From assembly GCA_964016885.1 (NCBI GenBank), contig OZ024741.1:14322001-14386000 (forward strand): DNA of 64,000 nt. Reading direction: 5' to 3'. Both the position numbers and the translations under genes were made by a program. This DNA comes from Eledone cirrhosa (taxonomy: Eukaryota). Shown here piece by piece: positions 12,830 through 25,288 of this stretch. The notes below the pieces were generated by a model. It was not told the DNA's origin and did not search any database. It saw nothing but the letters and a program-made list of their open reading frames with translations. How positions within the stretch are numbered: the first letter of the stretch is position 1; each line of letters opens with the position of its first letter.

Positions 12830-13039
12830 CTCGTATACGAGAGACGTGTGTTGACGTGTGTGAACAAGCTCGGCTACCGAGTCGGATTTACTTACTCAAA
12901 AGTGAGTTTTGATTAATTTTTTAAAACTGTAATATACGTTAACCCCTTGCCTGGGTCGTCAAACTTTGAGTTTATTTATTTTCGCCCCTTTTGGGGGCGA
13001 ATTTTCCAGTTAAAAACTTATTACGGCAAACTAATAGAA

Positions 13040-14812
13040 ATGGACGGAACTTTCACATCTCATCCTAACGTGAAAGCCACGCCCCCTAAGAAAGGTGACA
13101 CAGAGAAGCTAGAAGCACAAGGCTCTAAGTCTTCCCTCCTCACTTCTGCAAAAGAAACATGGAACACGGAATTAAAAGAAAAATTTGTAAAAATGGGTGA
13201 AAACCCAGAAAGTCACATAAACGCAGACAAAAACAACAACGACAATAACAGCAATAGTCACAACACCAACCAAGGAAAAAATAACGATAACACCAAACAA
13301 AGCGAACCCACTACTGGTGCCTCCTTTGCACAGGCGGTCCGGAAAACACAAACCTGCAAGCAACTGGACATTACAACTCTGAGAGAAAAGATGAAGGAAG
13401 CGAAACAGTATGTAACTTTCAAAGAAGGAGGAGACTTCACAATCACCTCCCCACAAGAAATCAAAAGAGACACGACGCTAAGAACGATATCTTTCAGAAC
13501 AATTTCCAACATAACAAGGAAACCAGCTCAATTATCCCAAAAAGAGATTGAGCTGGTCCTAAAAAATGTGTGGAGTGATATATCGTTCATACAAAAAGGG
13601 CCACTCTATGGGAATATAACGGTCCTAATGAAGGATCAATTGACGGCCAGGAAATACTCTGTGGCGCCAATTGTTTCCAAGCTACATACATTTTTCCCCA
13701 CATATTTAGGGAAAAGAACGCAGAAAATAAGGGTCTCCGGAATCCGGCCAAATGCATGCATTTCCTGGGTACTAACAGGATTTTTAGAAGACGAGGACGG
13801 AATCCTCTCAGTAGGAGAAGTCACCACAGACGTTTTCGGCGGTTTGAGCGTGGAGGTTCTGGTCCAAATGAGACCAGAACGAATAGCTAGAATACGACAG
13901 AGGGTCTCCCTCGATGGAGAAACATTTATATACATTTCAGCCGAGGGTAGGAGGCCCATATGTTACTACTGTTCAAGCAGGGGTCATCTAAGGGCTGCTT
14001 GTCCTCAATTGACAAAAAAAAAGGCTCTTTTGCCTACACCCCACACACCACCACCGCCACCACCACCACCACCACCACCACCACCACCTCCACCACCACC
14101 ACCACCACCACAACAACAACAAAAACAACACGGAAAAATAACACAAGACACGGCCCCACCCAAAACAACTCCCAAAACACACACAAATACAACAAAACCC
14201 CAAAATACACCACTACCCGACAGCACGGACGAGGACCCAGCTGAAACGGCACCTAGTGACGAAGAGGGGGAACCCTTCCAACCTGTAAAAAGGAAAAAAA
14301 GAAAGCACCACTCGAACATAAACGAAACAAACACACAACCACCAACAAAAACAAAACAAACAGAACAAACAAAATCCTCCCCACCCCAAAACATAACACA
14401 TACAACAAAACGTAAGCACACACAAGAACAACAAACAAACACAACACAAATAAAACAGTATACATACATTAACACAAATAACAAAGAACTAGTAAAAACA
14501 ATACACAAAGACCCTTCGGTGGAAACTGAAGGGCAATTCTTTGCAAACGCGGCCAACAAACCGCATTTAAAAATGATAATACTCCCAATGGACACCTATG
14601 CAAAACTAAGAGAGAACTTTCCTGAGGACGTGGGGAAAACATGTACTCGACCCTATAACCGCGTCCTCTTGAAACGTTTCCCCACCCACACCTCACCAAA
14701 ACCCCCACTCCACCACAGAACAACACCCCACCAAACAACCCCTCCAATACGCCCATGGATATTGTGCAACCTGCTCCTCAGGAGCCGAACAGGTAGGTCC
14801 TTCCTCTTTTAA
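13040..14812 (+). CDS. Tx1-like ORF1 (gag-like, one CCHC zinc knuckle)
   Basis: CYYCSSRGHLRAAC, Pro/Thr-rich region, KRKKRK; homologous to ORF1 of copies B and D. The C-terminus is probably frameshifted (homologous stop at 14794-14796). Confidence 0.8.
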   Translation: MDGTFTSHPNVKATPPKKGDTEKLEAQGSKSSLLTSAKETWNTELKEKFVKMGENPESHINADKNNNDNNSNSHNTNQGKNNDNTKQSEPTTGASFAQAVRKTQTCKQLDITTLREKMKEAKQYVTFKEGGDFTITSPQEIKRDTTLRTISFRTISNITRKPAQLSQKEIELVLKNVWSDISFIQKGPLYGNITVLMKDQLTARKYSVAPIVSKLHTFFPTYLGKRTQKIRVSGIRPNACISWVLTGFLEDEDGILSVGEVTTDVFGGLSVEVLVQMRPERIARIRQRVSLDGETFIYISAEGRRPICYYCSSRGHLRAACPQLTKKKALLPTPHTPPPPPPPPPPPPPPPPPPPPPQQQQKQHGKITQDTAPPKTTPKTHTNTTKPQNTPLPDSTDEDPAETAPSDEEGEPFQPVKRKKRKHHSNINETNTQPPTKTKQTEQTKSSPPQNITHTTKRKHTQEQQTNTTQIKQYTYINTNNKELVKTIHKDPSVETEGQFFANAANKPHLKMIILPMDTYAKLRENFPEDVGKTCTRPYNRVLLKRFPTHTSPKPPLHHRTTPHQTTPPIRPWILCNLLLRSRTGRSFLF

Positions 14813-14817
14813 CCAAC

Positions 14818-17800
14818 ATGGCTGATATAAGAGTTGGGTGTCTGAATGTACGCGGCCTGGGACTGTCTTGGAAACAAGGCAAACTTTTAAACGATCTCAG
14901 GTCGCATAGAATGGATGTAATGGCTATTTGCGAGTCCAGGATCAGCAGCGAGCACCAACTGGCGCCCCTCTTCGACGACTTTGAGATCTTCGCATCTCTC
15001 TGTCAACCGGGGGGGGGGGGTGGAGTTGTCGTTCTGCTGCGAAAACACCTGGGCCTCGCCATACAGAAGGTGCACCTGGACCCGGAGGGTCGACTGGTGG
15101 TTTTAGACGTCGGCAGTAGTGAAAGTGGAGCCCTTAGACTAATAGCTGTGTACGCCCCTTTTTGGGCAGCGCGGCCGGAATACTTCCAACGTCTGGAAAC
15201 TTTTCTGGGAACGTCCCGCTCCTTGCTTTTAGTGGGGGACTGGAATGGTATCCTGGATGCACGATGGGACTATGTAGGGGCATGTGCCAATAGAGGGGGG
15301 TGTAAAAGCCTCAAAAGGTTAATCGGCCGATTTGACCTGGCCGATAGATATCGACTAGATTTTCCGACTGTACCACTATGGACGTGGACCAATCGTAGCG
15401 GAACATCTAGGTCGTACCTAAATAGGGTCCTAGTTAGAGAGAAGGATAGGGACACATTTAGCTGTCCAAAAATGTTCATGGTTGACTATTCGGATCACAA
15501 GTTAGTGACCTGCATAGCCAACCTTGATAGAACCTATAGACAGGGACCCGGTTACTGGAAGCTGAACTTGTCCTTACCGAGAAGCAAAGCTTACAATAAA
15601 CGGATTAGCACGTTAGTTAAGCAGAGTTTGACAGGGGCAATTGTCAACAACAGGTGGTGGAGCTCTCTTAAGAGAGCAATTAGAATAGAATCGATAGGTT
15701 TTAGTCAGGAATTAGCAAGGGATAGGAACAAGACGGAAAGGGAATTAGTAGATAGAGTAGAAGAGGCGATTAGGAGTGGCAATGTAGCCGGCGTGCTGGC
15801 ATCAAGAATGGCCTTAGACCAGTTCTTTGAGGTGAAGCATGAAGGCTGCGTTGTCAGGAGTAAAATACGTGCTCTGTGTAATGAGGGAGCCAAAGCTGTG
15901 AGCTGGGCCCGAGTGACAGAGGCAAAAAGTGGGAACAAGTCCACGATTCGGTCTTTGAAGGACCAGGATGGGTGTGTGATCCTTGAACCTGGGCAGATGT
16001 GTGCGGCCTTTCAGCGGCACTTTGCACGACTGTTCGAGAGGGGCGGCGCGCCGGGTGAGACTATGGATTTCAATCCATACCTCGACGGTATGCCACGCCT
16101 CTCGGACGCGGAGGCGAAGTCCTGCGAAAGGACGATTTCAGCTGCTGAGATAGGGGCGGCGCTGAGCCAATGCGGCAAACGCAAATCCCCGGGTCTCGAT
16201 GGTCTACCATACGAGCTATATGTAGCGATGCCGGACTTGTTCTCTGATATCCTCGAAGCGGTCTACTGCAACTGGCAGCAGAACGGGAGAATTCCCAGTT
16301 CTGTGACCAAGGGCGTAGTTACGCTGGTGAGGAAGGATGAGAACAAGGGGGATGACATAAGTAACTTCAGGCCCATAACTCTGCTAAATACAGAGTTAAA
16401 GATTTTGGCCAAGGTGTTAGCGAAGAGGTTGGCGCTTGTCGTTGGAAACCTGGTGGGAGAAGCGCAGACATGCGCAATCCCGTCCAGGTCCATTCCCGAC
16501 AATCTCCACCTTATGCGATACATAATAGAGAGGGTAGGGAATGAACCCGGCTTTGGTGGGGCCCTGATCAACTTGGATCAATCTAAAGCTTTCGATAGGG
16601 TTGACCATCGTTACCTGGATGCGGTGCTCGCGGTGGCAGGCTTCGGACCCGTTTTCAGGGGTTGGATTGCTGCGATGCTAAGCAGCAACGTCTGCTCAAG
16701 GGTCAAGGCGAACGGCCACCTCTCGGAGCCGTTCCAAATCATGCGATCCATCCGACAGGGATGCCCTCTATCCTCCCTTCTGTATGTGCTGGCTCTTGAG
16801 CCACTACTGCGGAAGTTGGAGCGGTTGCAGGGCATCCCTTTGGAACCAGAATTGCAGAAAGCAGCGTCGGCCTACGTCGATGACGTGACAGTAATGGTGT
16901 CGAGAACCTTGCAAATCGGTGAGATCGGCACCTTACTGGAGGAATATGAAAGGTTTACAGGAGCCAAGCTGCACCGGGACAAGTTCGTCGGTTTGCAACT
17001 CGGAACATGGAGAGGAAAACCGATGCCCTCCAACGACGTCGTCGGACGCTGGACGGAGGGCCGGGTGAAGCTGCTTGGGGTCTGGTTCGAACCAGACCTC
17101 CAGGTGGAGAAAAACTGGAACGAGGTAACGGCCAGGGTGTTTGCACTCGCCCAGAAGTGGGCCCAGTGCAAACTATCCCCGAAAGGTCGAGCGGAGGTGG
17201 CGAACGTTTATATAGCATCCGACATCTACTACCGCTTGACCAGTGAAAAGACTCGTCAAAATGGAGTGCGCGCTGTTCCAATTTCTTTGGAACAAGTGGA
17301 CCCTTTTGGTGAGGAGATCCATCTGCTGTCAACACCCTTCGAAAGGAGGGCTGGGGATGCCGTGGCTACAGATGCGGAAACACGCATTAAGGCTAGGGCA
17401 CCTCCAGGTATTCCTCACCGGTCAACCGGTGTGGGCCCCGTTTGTGAGGCGAGCCTTTCCCAGACTCGTCTCGCTCACCGAGCTGCAATCCTGGGTCAAG
17501 CAAAGACCGAGAAAAGTGGGCGACTGGCACATTGAATGTGCCCAGGCGCTCACGGCCCTCTGGAAAGCGGACCCGGCAATCAGTGGAGACTCCACCTCGA
17601 CATTCTATAGAGGGTTGGTACGCAGCAGGTGCGACGATGCTCTCGGAGAAGCTCTAGGCATGGAGGAAGATGAACTGGCCAGTCTGTTCGGTAGGACGTT
17701 TGGCCCTGGACCGATGGACAACTTCCAAAAGTCCCTGGCTTGGCAGTGCTACCGAGGGGCTCTACCCGTTCGAGACAGGCTCAACAGGCATGGGAGCCTG

Positions 17801-18241
17801 GGTAGGGATCCTTTGAATAAGATCTGTCCGAGATGCGTGCATGACGACGAAACTGTTGCGCACGCATTCGTACACTGCCCAGGCATTGCTGACCTGTGGG
17901 GCTATGTGGAACGACTACTGTCGAGGGTGGGACCAATCCGGTTGACCACCGAGTCCATCGTCACGATCAAACCGCCTCCCCCTTTTAAAAACGAAGGAGA
18001 GGCGGTTTTTCTCTGTGTGATAGCCATGGCTAAAGAAGTTGTATGGTGAACGAGGCTGAAAGGGCTGAGGTCAGACACCTTTCTCTCCGGCCAACAACTG
18101 GTCCCCTTTTTCAAATACCATTTTAAAAGAAGGATCAGAATGGAGAGAGAGGTGCTTTACCCCAGCAAGTTTTATGAAAGGTGGGTGAAAGTAGGGAGAA
18201 TAGTCAGAGTGAATGGGTCTTCTCTCTATATCAGCCTGTAG
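14818..18241 (+). pseudogene. Tx1-like ORF2 (APE endonuclease, RT, C-terminal zinc finger)
   Basis: CLNVRGL, CESR, VYAP, GDWN, SDH; KSPGLDG, FRPITLLN, LDQSKAFDRVDH, RQGCPLS, YVDD; CPRC..H..C. Frameshift at ~17243, TGA at 18047, and SYLD changed to SYLN. Confidence 0.92.
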
Positions 18242-18478
18242 GTGAAAGAAGAGGAAAAAGAGGAGACGAGGGAAGCACCTACTGTTTGTGCTCCTGAGGA
18301 GAAGGGTTGCACATTTTTTCCGGGGTGTGTGCGACCCATGTTAATGCCCCCTCCCTATTGAGGACTTCGTTTGTTGTTGTTATTTCATTGTCATATTTTT
18401 GTACTCGTTAATTATATGTAAACTTCCCCCCTTGTATCTGTCCATACCTTTTGTGCCCTAGTGGCAAATAAAGAAATC

Positions 18479-19016
18479 ACTCTATATATACTATTGTATT
18501 TTCACAGTAAAATCTTCACCTCACAAAATATCTCACATAACATTTACATTACTCTATATATACTATTGTATTTTTACAGTAAAGGCTTCACCTCACATAA
18601 TATCTCACATAACATTTACATTACTCTATATATACTATTGTATTTTCACAGTAAAGGCTTTACCTCACATAATATCTCACATAACCTTTATATTACTCTA
18701 TATATACTATTGTATTTTCGCAGTAAAGGCTTTACCTCACATAATATCTCACATAACATTTACATTACTCTATATATGCTATTATATTTTCACAGTAAAG
18801 GCTTTACCTCACATAATATCTCACATAACATTTACATTACTCTATATATACTATTGTATTTTCGCAGTAAAGGCTTTACCTCACATAATATCTCACATAA
18901 CATTTACATTACTCTATATATACTATTGTATTTTTACAGTACAGGCTTTACCTCACATAATATCTCACATAACATTTACATTACTCTATATATACTATTG
19001 TATTTTCACAGTAAAT
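18479..19016. repeat. 72-bp minisatellite, right arm (~7.5 units)
   Basis: Same unit, mostly the AAAGGCTTT variant. Confidence 0.95.
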
Positions 19017-19359
19017 CTAACATAATTATCTCATATAAAATCGAATCTATGAGATTTTTTTGTTATTTATTTTGAGAACAATACCTTAACATCAATATAA
19101 GCTGCCAGTTTCAACTGGTTTGAACAGAATGAGGTGAGACATTTCTAGCCGGATACGGTCGGTTTCAATGCTAAAGGGTTAAGCAAGGAAGAAAAGAACA
19201 GCACCCATGACTATTTTGAGGGTCCCAGATGATGGTGGGAAGGTGGGAGCTAGTGAGATATCCTTAAATCGATGACCTTGTCCTGTTGTAGCAATTCTTA
19301 GTAACAGCAGCCTTTACTGCATATATCGATATGTATGTGTGTGTATATATATATATATA

Positions 19360-20862
19360 TAGAAGTGGTTACACAACAGTTAGGTCACCATACTGAGAAA
19401 ACATTTGTTTCACCTTAGCGGATCCTCAGCTCGTAATGTACATGGTTATAGGGAACCAGAAGGACAACCGTACGAACGCGCATGCGCAGAAACGATCACT
19501 TCACACAGGCAATACTAAATTGCGTGCGAGAGGTGAAAGGGAGATAACTGCGAAAGTCCGAAAGTTTGTAGTTGATAAGAAAATTAGGATGTTGTTGTAA
19601 TTCAATCCGGAGCTTTGTAGTTATGTAAGAGGTGTTTCCAGACGTGTGGACAACGTGTGAAGAATTCACTTCTCGTGTTTAGGCAATCACTATTGCGTAA
19701 TCTCTTTAGAATATTTATTCGTTTATCAATACATAGTCCACACAACGGATTGCCCCTTGCGTATGGCTTGGAGTAGTCTATACTTGAGTCTTTGAGGGAC
19801 CATACGTGGCTCGCGAGTTTCTTGGATGAAGTCTGTTCGGGTACCTAAAGGTCGACTGGCGGTTCAGGAAGGTGTTCCTTAAATCTGCCCTCCACCATAC
19901 CCACATAGGATTTGACTTCCTGTGGTTGATTTGGTCGGTTGGAAGTGACCACAGCTTCATAAACTACAGCGGGGGTGTTGCATTGCTGTCGAAGAGGACA
20001 AGCTTCGGCCTACGGCAGGAGCACCCTGGTGGGTGTTGTTCTTAGGGCTGTTGGTGATGTGGGCCTCATGTTCTTAGCGCAGATGTATCCTAGATTTACG
20101 TTGTGTCGGTTAAAGATGGAGCGGTATTTATGACCTATGGGAAAGTGTCTATCTAAGAGGGCTAGAAATTGTTTGCCTACATTGGTTTTAACGTTGAGTG
20201 AGAAGGGAGGAGAGAACCAGATAGTTTGTCTATTGTTACGCTTTCTTTTCTTATTGCTTTTGTTGTTAGTAGGAGAGTAAGGGATAGGTTGCGAGAAGCC
20301 GCTGTTATCTAATGCCGTGTTATAGTGGGGTGCCGCCCTGTCAAAGATAGCCTTATTAGAGGAGAGATTTGAAATTCTAGTACTGATATTATTTACGAAG
20401 TTTCTAAAATCAGTGGGAGGGTGGCAGGAGTCCTTGTGAATGTAATTGAGTTTTTCGTTTAGCTTATGGAAGGGTCTGTGCGTGTGTGTGTGCGAAAGTC
20501 TAAATTAATGTCTAAGAAATCTACGCTAGATAGGTTGGTGGCTACTGTTATCCTAAGGCCTAACTCATTGAAGGTAGAAGCTAAGTCTTTTTTAAACCGG
20601 TCGAGGTCGTGACCACTTTTATGGCTCGATAAGGTCAGTCCATCGTCGCGGTATATTCCCGTGTGGAAGTCCGGGAATCTAACACGTAATATGTATAAAA
20701 TAAAAAGGCCAACCAAGTCACATACGTCAGCACTGTCAAACGATCCCATGGAGACGTCGAACAGGTGTGAAGATGTAGACTTCTTTGCCCAGGCTACTCC
20801 GTCGTTGAAGAGGAGGGTTTTCCGGCAGTGAGCGATGATTTCCCTGTCTAAACCATCGACGT
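19360..20862 (-). mobile_element. Penelope-like element, Naiad-type RT and GIY-YIG (5'-truncated, degraded)
   Basis: RT: MGSFDSADVCDLVGLFIL, GIYRDDGL, VDFLDINL, S.HPP, IWFSPPFSLNVKTNVG. EN: CSC..CPL...C, VVYEAVV...SYVGM, CGLC, LNTRSEFFTRCPH. Several frameshifts. Confidence 0.85.
19393..19433 (-). ncRNA. Hammerhead-like motif in the 3' pLTR of the Naiad-type PLE
   Basis: Minus strand reads CGAG-CTGAGGA-TCCGCTAAGGT-GAAA-CAAATG-TT-TTCTC; core intact, stems short. Confidence 0.5.
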
Positions 20863-20913
20863 CCCATGGACTGAACGCTCTACCACTACGGATATTACCT
20901 TCCACTGTTCTAC

Positions 20914-20967
<54 letters not shown>

Positions 20968-21171
20968 TTTTGTTAACCTGTTTAGCTTGCTTCGTTTTGG
21001 GGGGTTGGGGCTCAGGTGGCTGATTGCTCACGTCCACCGTTTTCATATTGTCTGGCCTCTATAATGTATGTTAATTGTTCTGGTCTTCTTTTAGTCCATT
21101 GAGCGTTTGCCGCATATCTCCAAATTTGCGTTCCGCTTGGTTTTGGCCACTGCCGAAATACGATCTCGCTG

Positions 21172-21245
<74 letters not shown>

Positions 21246-21253
<8 letters not shown>

Positions 21254-21385
21254 TAACAGATTAAAGGGTGAAAGCAGCGATTCTTTGCTTAAACTTTAAT
21301 CTGTTATTTTAATAAATATTTACTCTACGGTTCTTATATATTTGATATATATTTATCCTTATCGAGCCCTCTTTGGATTTTAGTC
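21246..21385 (+). mobile_element. Fold-back pLTR-like element with the 3' half of a hammerhead
   Basis: 21-bp inverted arms (21246-21266 / 21294-21314) around GGT-GAAA-GCAG..TTGC-TT-AAA; same family as 29533-29745; follows (TA)n. Confidence 0.55.
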
Positions 21386-21524
21386 TTCAAATTTATTAAT
21401 ATTACTATATATATAAATATACAGTTGTGTGTGTGAGTATGTATTTGTATGTATGAGTGTATGTATACGTACACACATACATACATACATATATATAGAG
21501 AGAGAGAGGGAGGAAGAGATAGAG

Positions 21525-21800
21525 AGAGGTGATATCCAAGTTGAAGAAAAGGCGAGAAGGGCCAAGAAAGAATGAGAAGGAGTTTAAAATTGGAAGATCA
21601 TGATTGGTGTAGGGGATGGGAGAGGCAGGACCGGTGACTAAGAGTGCGAAGAAGGTGTCTGCGTATTAAGAGATTATTTCTGTGGGGGCAGTTGGCAACG
21701 GAAATGATAGGACGGCCAGGATTACCGGGCTTATATATTTTGGAGAGGAAGTAGACTGTATGACCACGAAGTGTGCATACTATAGGATTTGTGACAATGG
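21525..21800 (-). mobile_element. Penelope-like RT fragment (Neptune-like, degraded)
   Basis: YFLSKIYKPGNPGRPIISVANCP...TEIIS...TNH...LFFNLDITSL matches PLE RT motifs 1-3. Confidence 0.75.
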
Positions 21801-21837
21801 TGGTGGTGGGGGGTAATAATAGAGAGATGATTACGGT

Positions 21838-21986
21838 CTGAGTTCAAATCCCGCCGAGGTTAGCTTTACATTTCATCCTTACGGGGTCGATAATGTAAAG
21901 CATTAGTAATGTACCTGAGGCGATTTAATCGACTTTCCACTCCCCTAAAATTGTTGGCCTTGTGTCAAAGTCAGAACACATTATTG
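21838..21986 (+). mobile_element. tRNA SINE (Nin-like), 5'-truncated
   Basis: B-box, central domain and tail match 2030-2226. Confidence 0.8.
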
Positions 21987-22064
21987 GTATCTAGACTATC
22001 GCCAGGCGTTCACAGTATTTTACCTGATGAAAGACACAATAAAAGACCAGTAAACAACACCTGT

Positions 22065-22650
22065 ATTCTGTCGAGCTTTAGTGGAAGGTATGTGTGGTGG
22101 TGGCCTGGAAGTGGCTCTGAGAATTACCAAGGAAAATCTGAGCTGTCTATTCCGGAGGACATTCACGTCGGGGATTAGAGACAATTTGTAAGAGCCATTA
22201 CGATGGCATAGCTACAGAGGGACACTACCAGTTCGAGACAAGCCCCACAGGTTCTATAGTGACTGCAGACGGAACTGTCCGAGATACACGCACAGTGACG
22301 AAACTGCCCTCATTCTATTATCATTGTAACGTTGTGGGCTCGTTTTGGACAGATCCAGCTGGGCCTATGTTGAACCTGTGGGGCGTCATATGTAAGACAG
22401 ATCCAGCTGGACCTGTGTTGAACCTGTGGTGTGTCACGTGTTGAACAGATCCAGCTGGGCCTATGTCGAATCTGTCGGGTGTCACGTGTAGGATAAATCC
22501 AACTACCAGACGAGTCTAAAGTGTAAATTGAACCACCACCTTTTTTTTCATGAAAGGTAGGTGACGTCTTCCTCTGTTTGGTAGCTATGGTGAAGGGCGT
22601 TGTATGATGGACTAATCTTAAAGGTTTTGAGGACGACGGATACTTACAAT
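22065..22650 (+). mobile_element. Old Tx1 ORF2 3' fragment with an internal 48-bp triplication
   Basis: Degenerate RALVEG...LFRRTF...YRGTLPVRDK...FLCLVAMVKGVV*WT; CAGATCCAGCTGG units at 22350, 22398 and 22446. Confidence 0.75.
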
Positions 22651-22671
22651 CCACCGCCCTTCTAGAAACCA

Positions 22672-23545
22672 ATAATAATGGTTCCTGATTTAGGCACAAG
22701 GCCCTGGAATTCGGGGAAGGGGAAAATCGATTAAATCGACTCCAGTGCATTACTGGTGCTTTATTTTATCAACCCCGTGAGGATGAAAGGCTACGCTAAC
22801 TTCGGTGGGATTTAATCCAAGGCTGAAAAGGGCCGTAACTCTATGTCACAAAGCATGGTGTCTGACGCTCTGCTGATACTGCCAAGGTAAGGCACAGATA
22901 TCCACTGATCCTTGGTTGTACTGCTGCTGACTCTTAGGTAATAGTTAGGATTAACTAAATAGTTAGGATTAACTATTTTGATACCAAATCGCCCGAAACT
23001 ACCTTTCGTTTTACAATGCACAATTGTTTATTTTAAGGGGTTTATAGTTATCAAAAAACTACCTTTCATAATACCTTATGTTGTGAAGTTATGATTCAAA
23101 CAGAGGGTTAACAATTGTTTCTAATATAGGTGTATGTGAGGAGGGTGGATCGATTAAATCGACCCACGTACTTCAATTGTGTTTTATTGCCTTCGGAAGG
23201 ATAACATTCGAAGAAGAGATCTGTGGGATTTAAACTTAAGATGTAAAGGGATGTAACTAAACACTACAAGGTATTTTGAATGACACTCTAACGTATTGTC
23301 AATCCACAGCCCTTACAAAACCTGTGATTTGAAAATCTTAGGCAATGTTTGTACATAACAATAATTCTTTCTACTTTTGGCACAAGGCCAGCAATTACTC
23401 AGTGCATTACTGGTATTTTATTCTATTGACCCAGTAAGGATGAAAGGCAAAGTTAACCTCAGCGGGATTTGAACTCAGATCGTAAAGGGCCGTAACTCTA
23501 TGCTGCAAAGCATGGTGTCCGACCCTCTTCCGATACTGCCAATTT
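22672..23545 (-). mobile_element. Three Nin-like SINE copies (22672-22885, 23110-23312 degraded, 23358-23545)
   Basis: Reverse-complement matches to 2030-2226. Confidence 0.75.
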
Positions 23546-23936
23546 ACATAACAATAATGGCAACGAAAGGTTTAAATCACGAATTTTAATCACTCCAACA
23601 TCGGAAGGCAAGTTATGAAAGGAATTTCGTTAACTAAAACTTAAAGAAAAAAAGAGGAAATACCTACTTTGTATATTAATCGGTTAATACCATTATTGGA
23701 ACATAAAAGATATGTCTATAAAAAGCCAGACATTTTGTGTCCGCCGATCCCAAAACTGGCTGCTTCTTATCACAACATTCTTAGTTTCTACAGATCGCTA
23801 AATCCGACATGCGTGCAGTTTATTGCTATTGCTTCATACACACTAACGAGCATATGTGCATACATACACATACAGACAGACTCATATGTACACAGATATG
23901 CATTATATATATATATATATATAGATAGATATATGC

Positions 23937-24000
<64 letters not shown>

Positions 24001-24261
24001 TAAATACCCACATATAAAACCAAATATAAACAAACACATATATATGCATGCAGAAACATACACCCATGTAAGCACGTATATATATATATTTTTTAATTGT
24101 TTTTATATATGCACATACCTACATAGATACATACACACACACACATACATACATACATACACACACACATACAAACATACATAAATCAATCCTTAGATTT
24201 GCTTTTCCGCATTCACACTAACAATCTAACAATCTATCTATATATAGGTAAGGATGCATAA

Positions 24262-24362
<101 letters not shown>

Positions 24363-24818
24363 AAGTCCATAGAATCATTAGATAAAATATATACAGTATT
24401 TCTTCTCCCAATCAGCATAAATCAACCTCATAAAAATCATTTAAACGAGGTTATAAGTTTAAAATATACTTATGAAGAAATAATAGACAAATTATGTAGC
24501 TTCTTCTACGCGACTTACAGCTACACAAAATTTACCTAGTATTTCTGATAGCCCGTAGAAATTGACTAGACATATAGTTAACCATACACAATTAGGTACA
24601 AAATCAAAGTTAGAAGAAAAAAATGTACATAAACATACCCAAATCATCAAAATATTTCTACCCCCGGCGGTTTCATTCCATTTTTGGATATATCCGATCT
24701 TGGAAAAAATCAACGAGGTTTGGAAATATTTTTCAACCATGATACTCGACAAATATTTTTCAACCATGATACTCGCCAGAAACGAATTCAATACACACCA
24801 CACATACATATGCATATG

Positions 24819-24932
<114 letters not shown>

Positions 24933-24974
24933 ACGAAACATAAGTCAATTGCATGAACTCATAATCCTTTATTT

Positions 24975-25029
24975 ACTGCATACATATTTCGATGGTAGCC
25001 ATTGAATGGCTATGACCTCATCAGGCAGT
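24975..25029 (-). ncRNA. Type I hammerhead ribozyme-like motif
   Basis: Minus strand reads ACTGC-CTGATGA-GGTCATAGCCATTCAATGGCTACCATC-GAAA-TATGTA-T-GCAGT. Stem I is ACTGC/GCAGT, stem II is long, stem III is near-palindromic; the cleavage-site register is imperfect. Confidence 0.6.
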
Positions 25030-25288
25030 TACTAAGTTCTTAGATATGCTAGCTCTGTGTTTATGGTGTTGATGGTATCAGAGCCTTGGGAGATATGTAT
25101 ATATACATCGCTCTAGAGTGATGTACTTGATAGACATTTTATATATCGACCCCGGTACTTGATAGATATTTTATTTTAGCAGTTCCGGGAAAGATGAAAA
25201 CATTAACTATGGCAGGATTTGTAATCAGAACGTAGTCAGATGAAATAGTAACAACACTGATAGATAAATGAGAGAGAAAAGACGAAGG

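Larger units (their letters stand above)
12830..18478 (+). mobile_element. L1/Tx1-clade LINE, copy A (full-length, mutated), inserted in the 72-bp array
   Basis: ORF1 with CCHC knuckle, ORF2 with APE-RT-zinc finger, 3' end AATAAAGAAATC; the same minisatellite lies on both sides. Confidence 0.93.

Noticed and set aside
12159-12912. Repetitive ORFs (also 18461-19075)
   Set aside because: In-frame translations of the 72-bp AT-rich minisatellite.
14818-17535. Active autonomous LINE ORF2
   Set aside because: Frameshift at ~17243, stop at 18047 and an altered SYLD motif make copy A probably inactive.
19960-20030. Selenocysteine (in-frame TGA) in the Naiad zinc finger
   Set aside because: The Cys codons of CSC..C..C read TGC or TGT here; no TGA at these positions.
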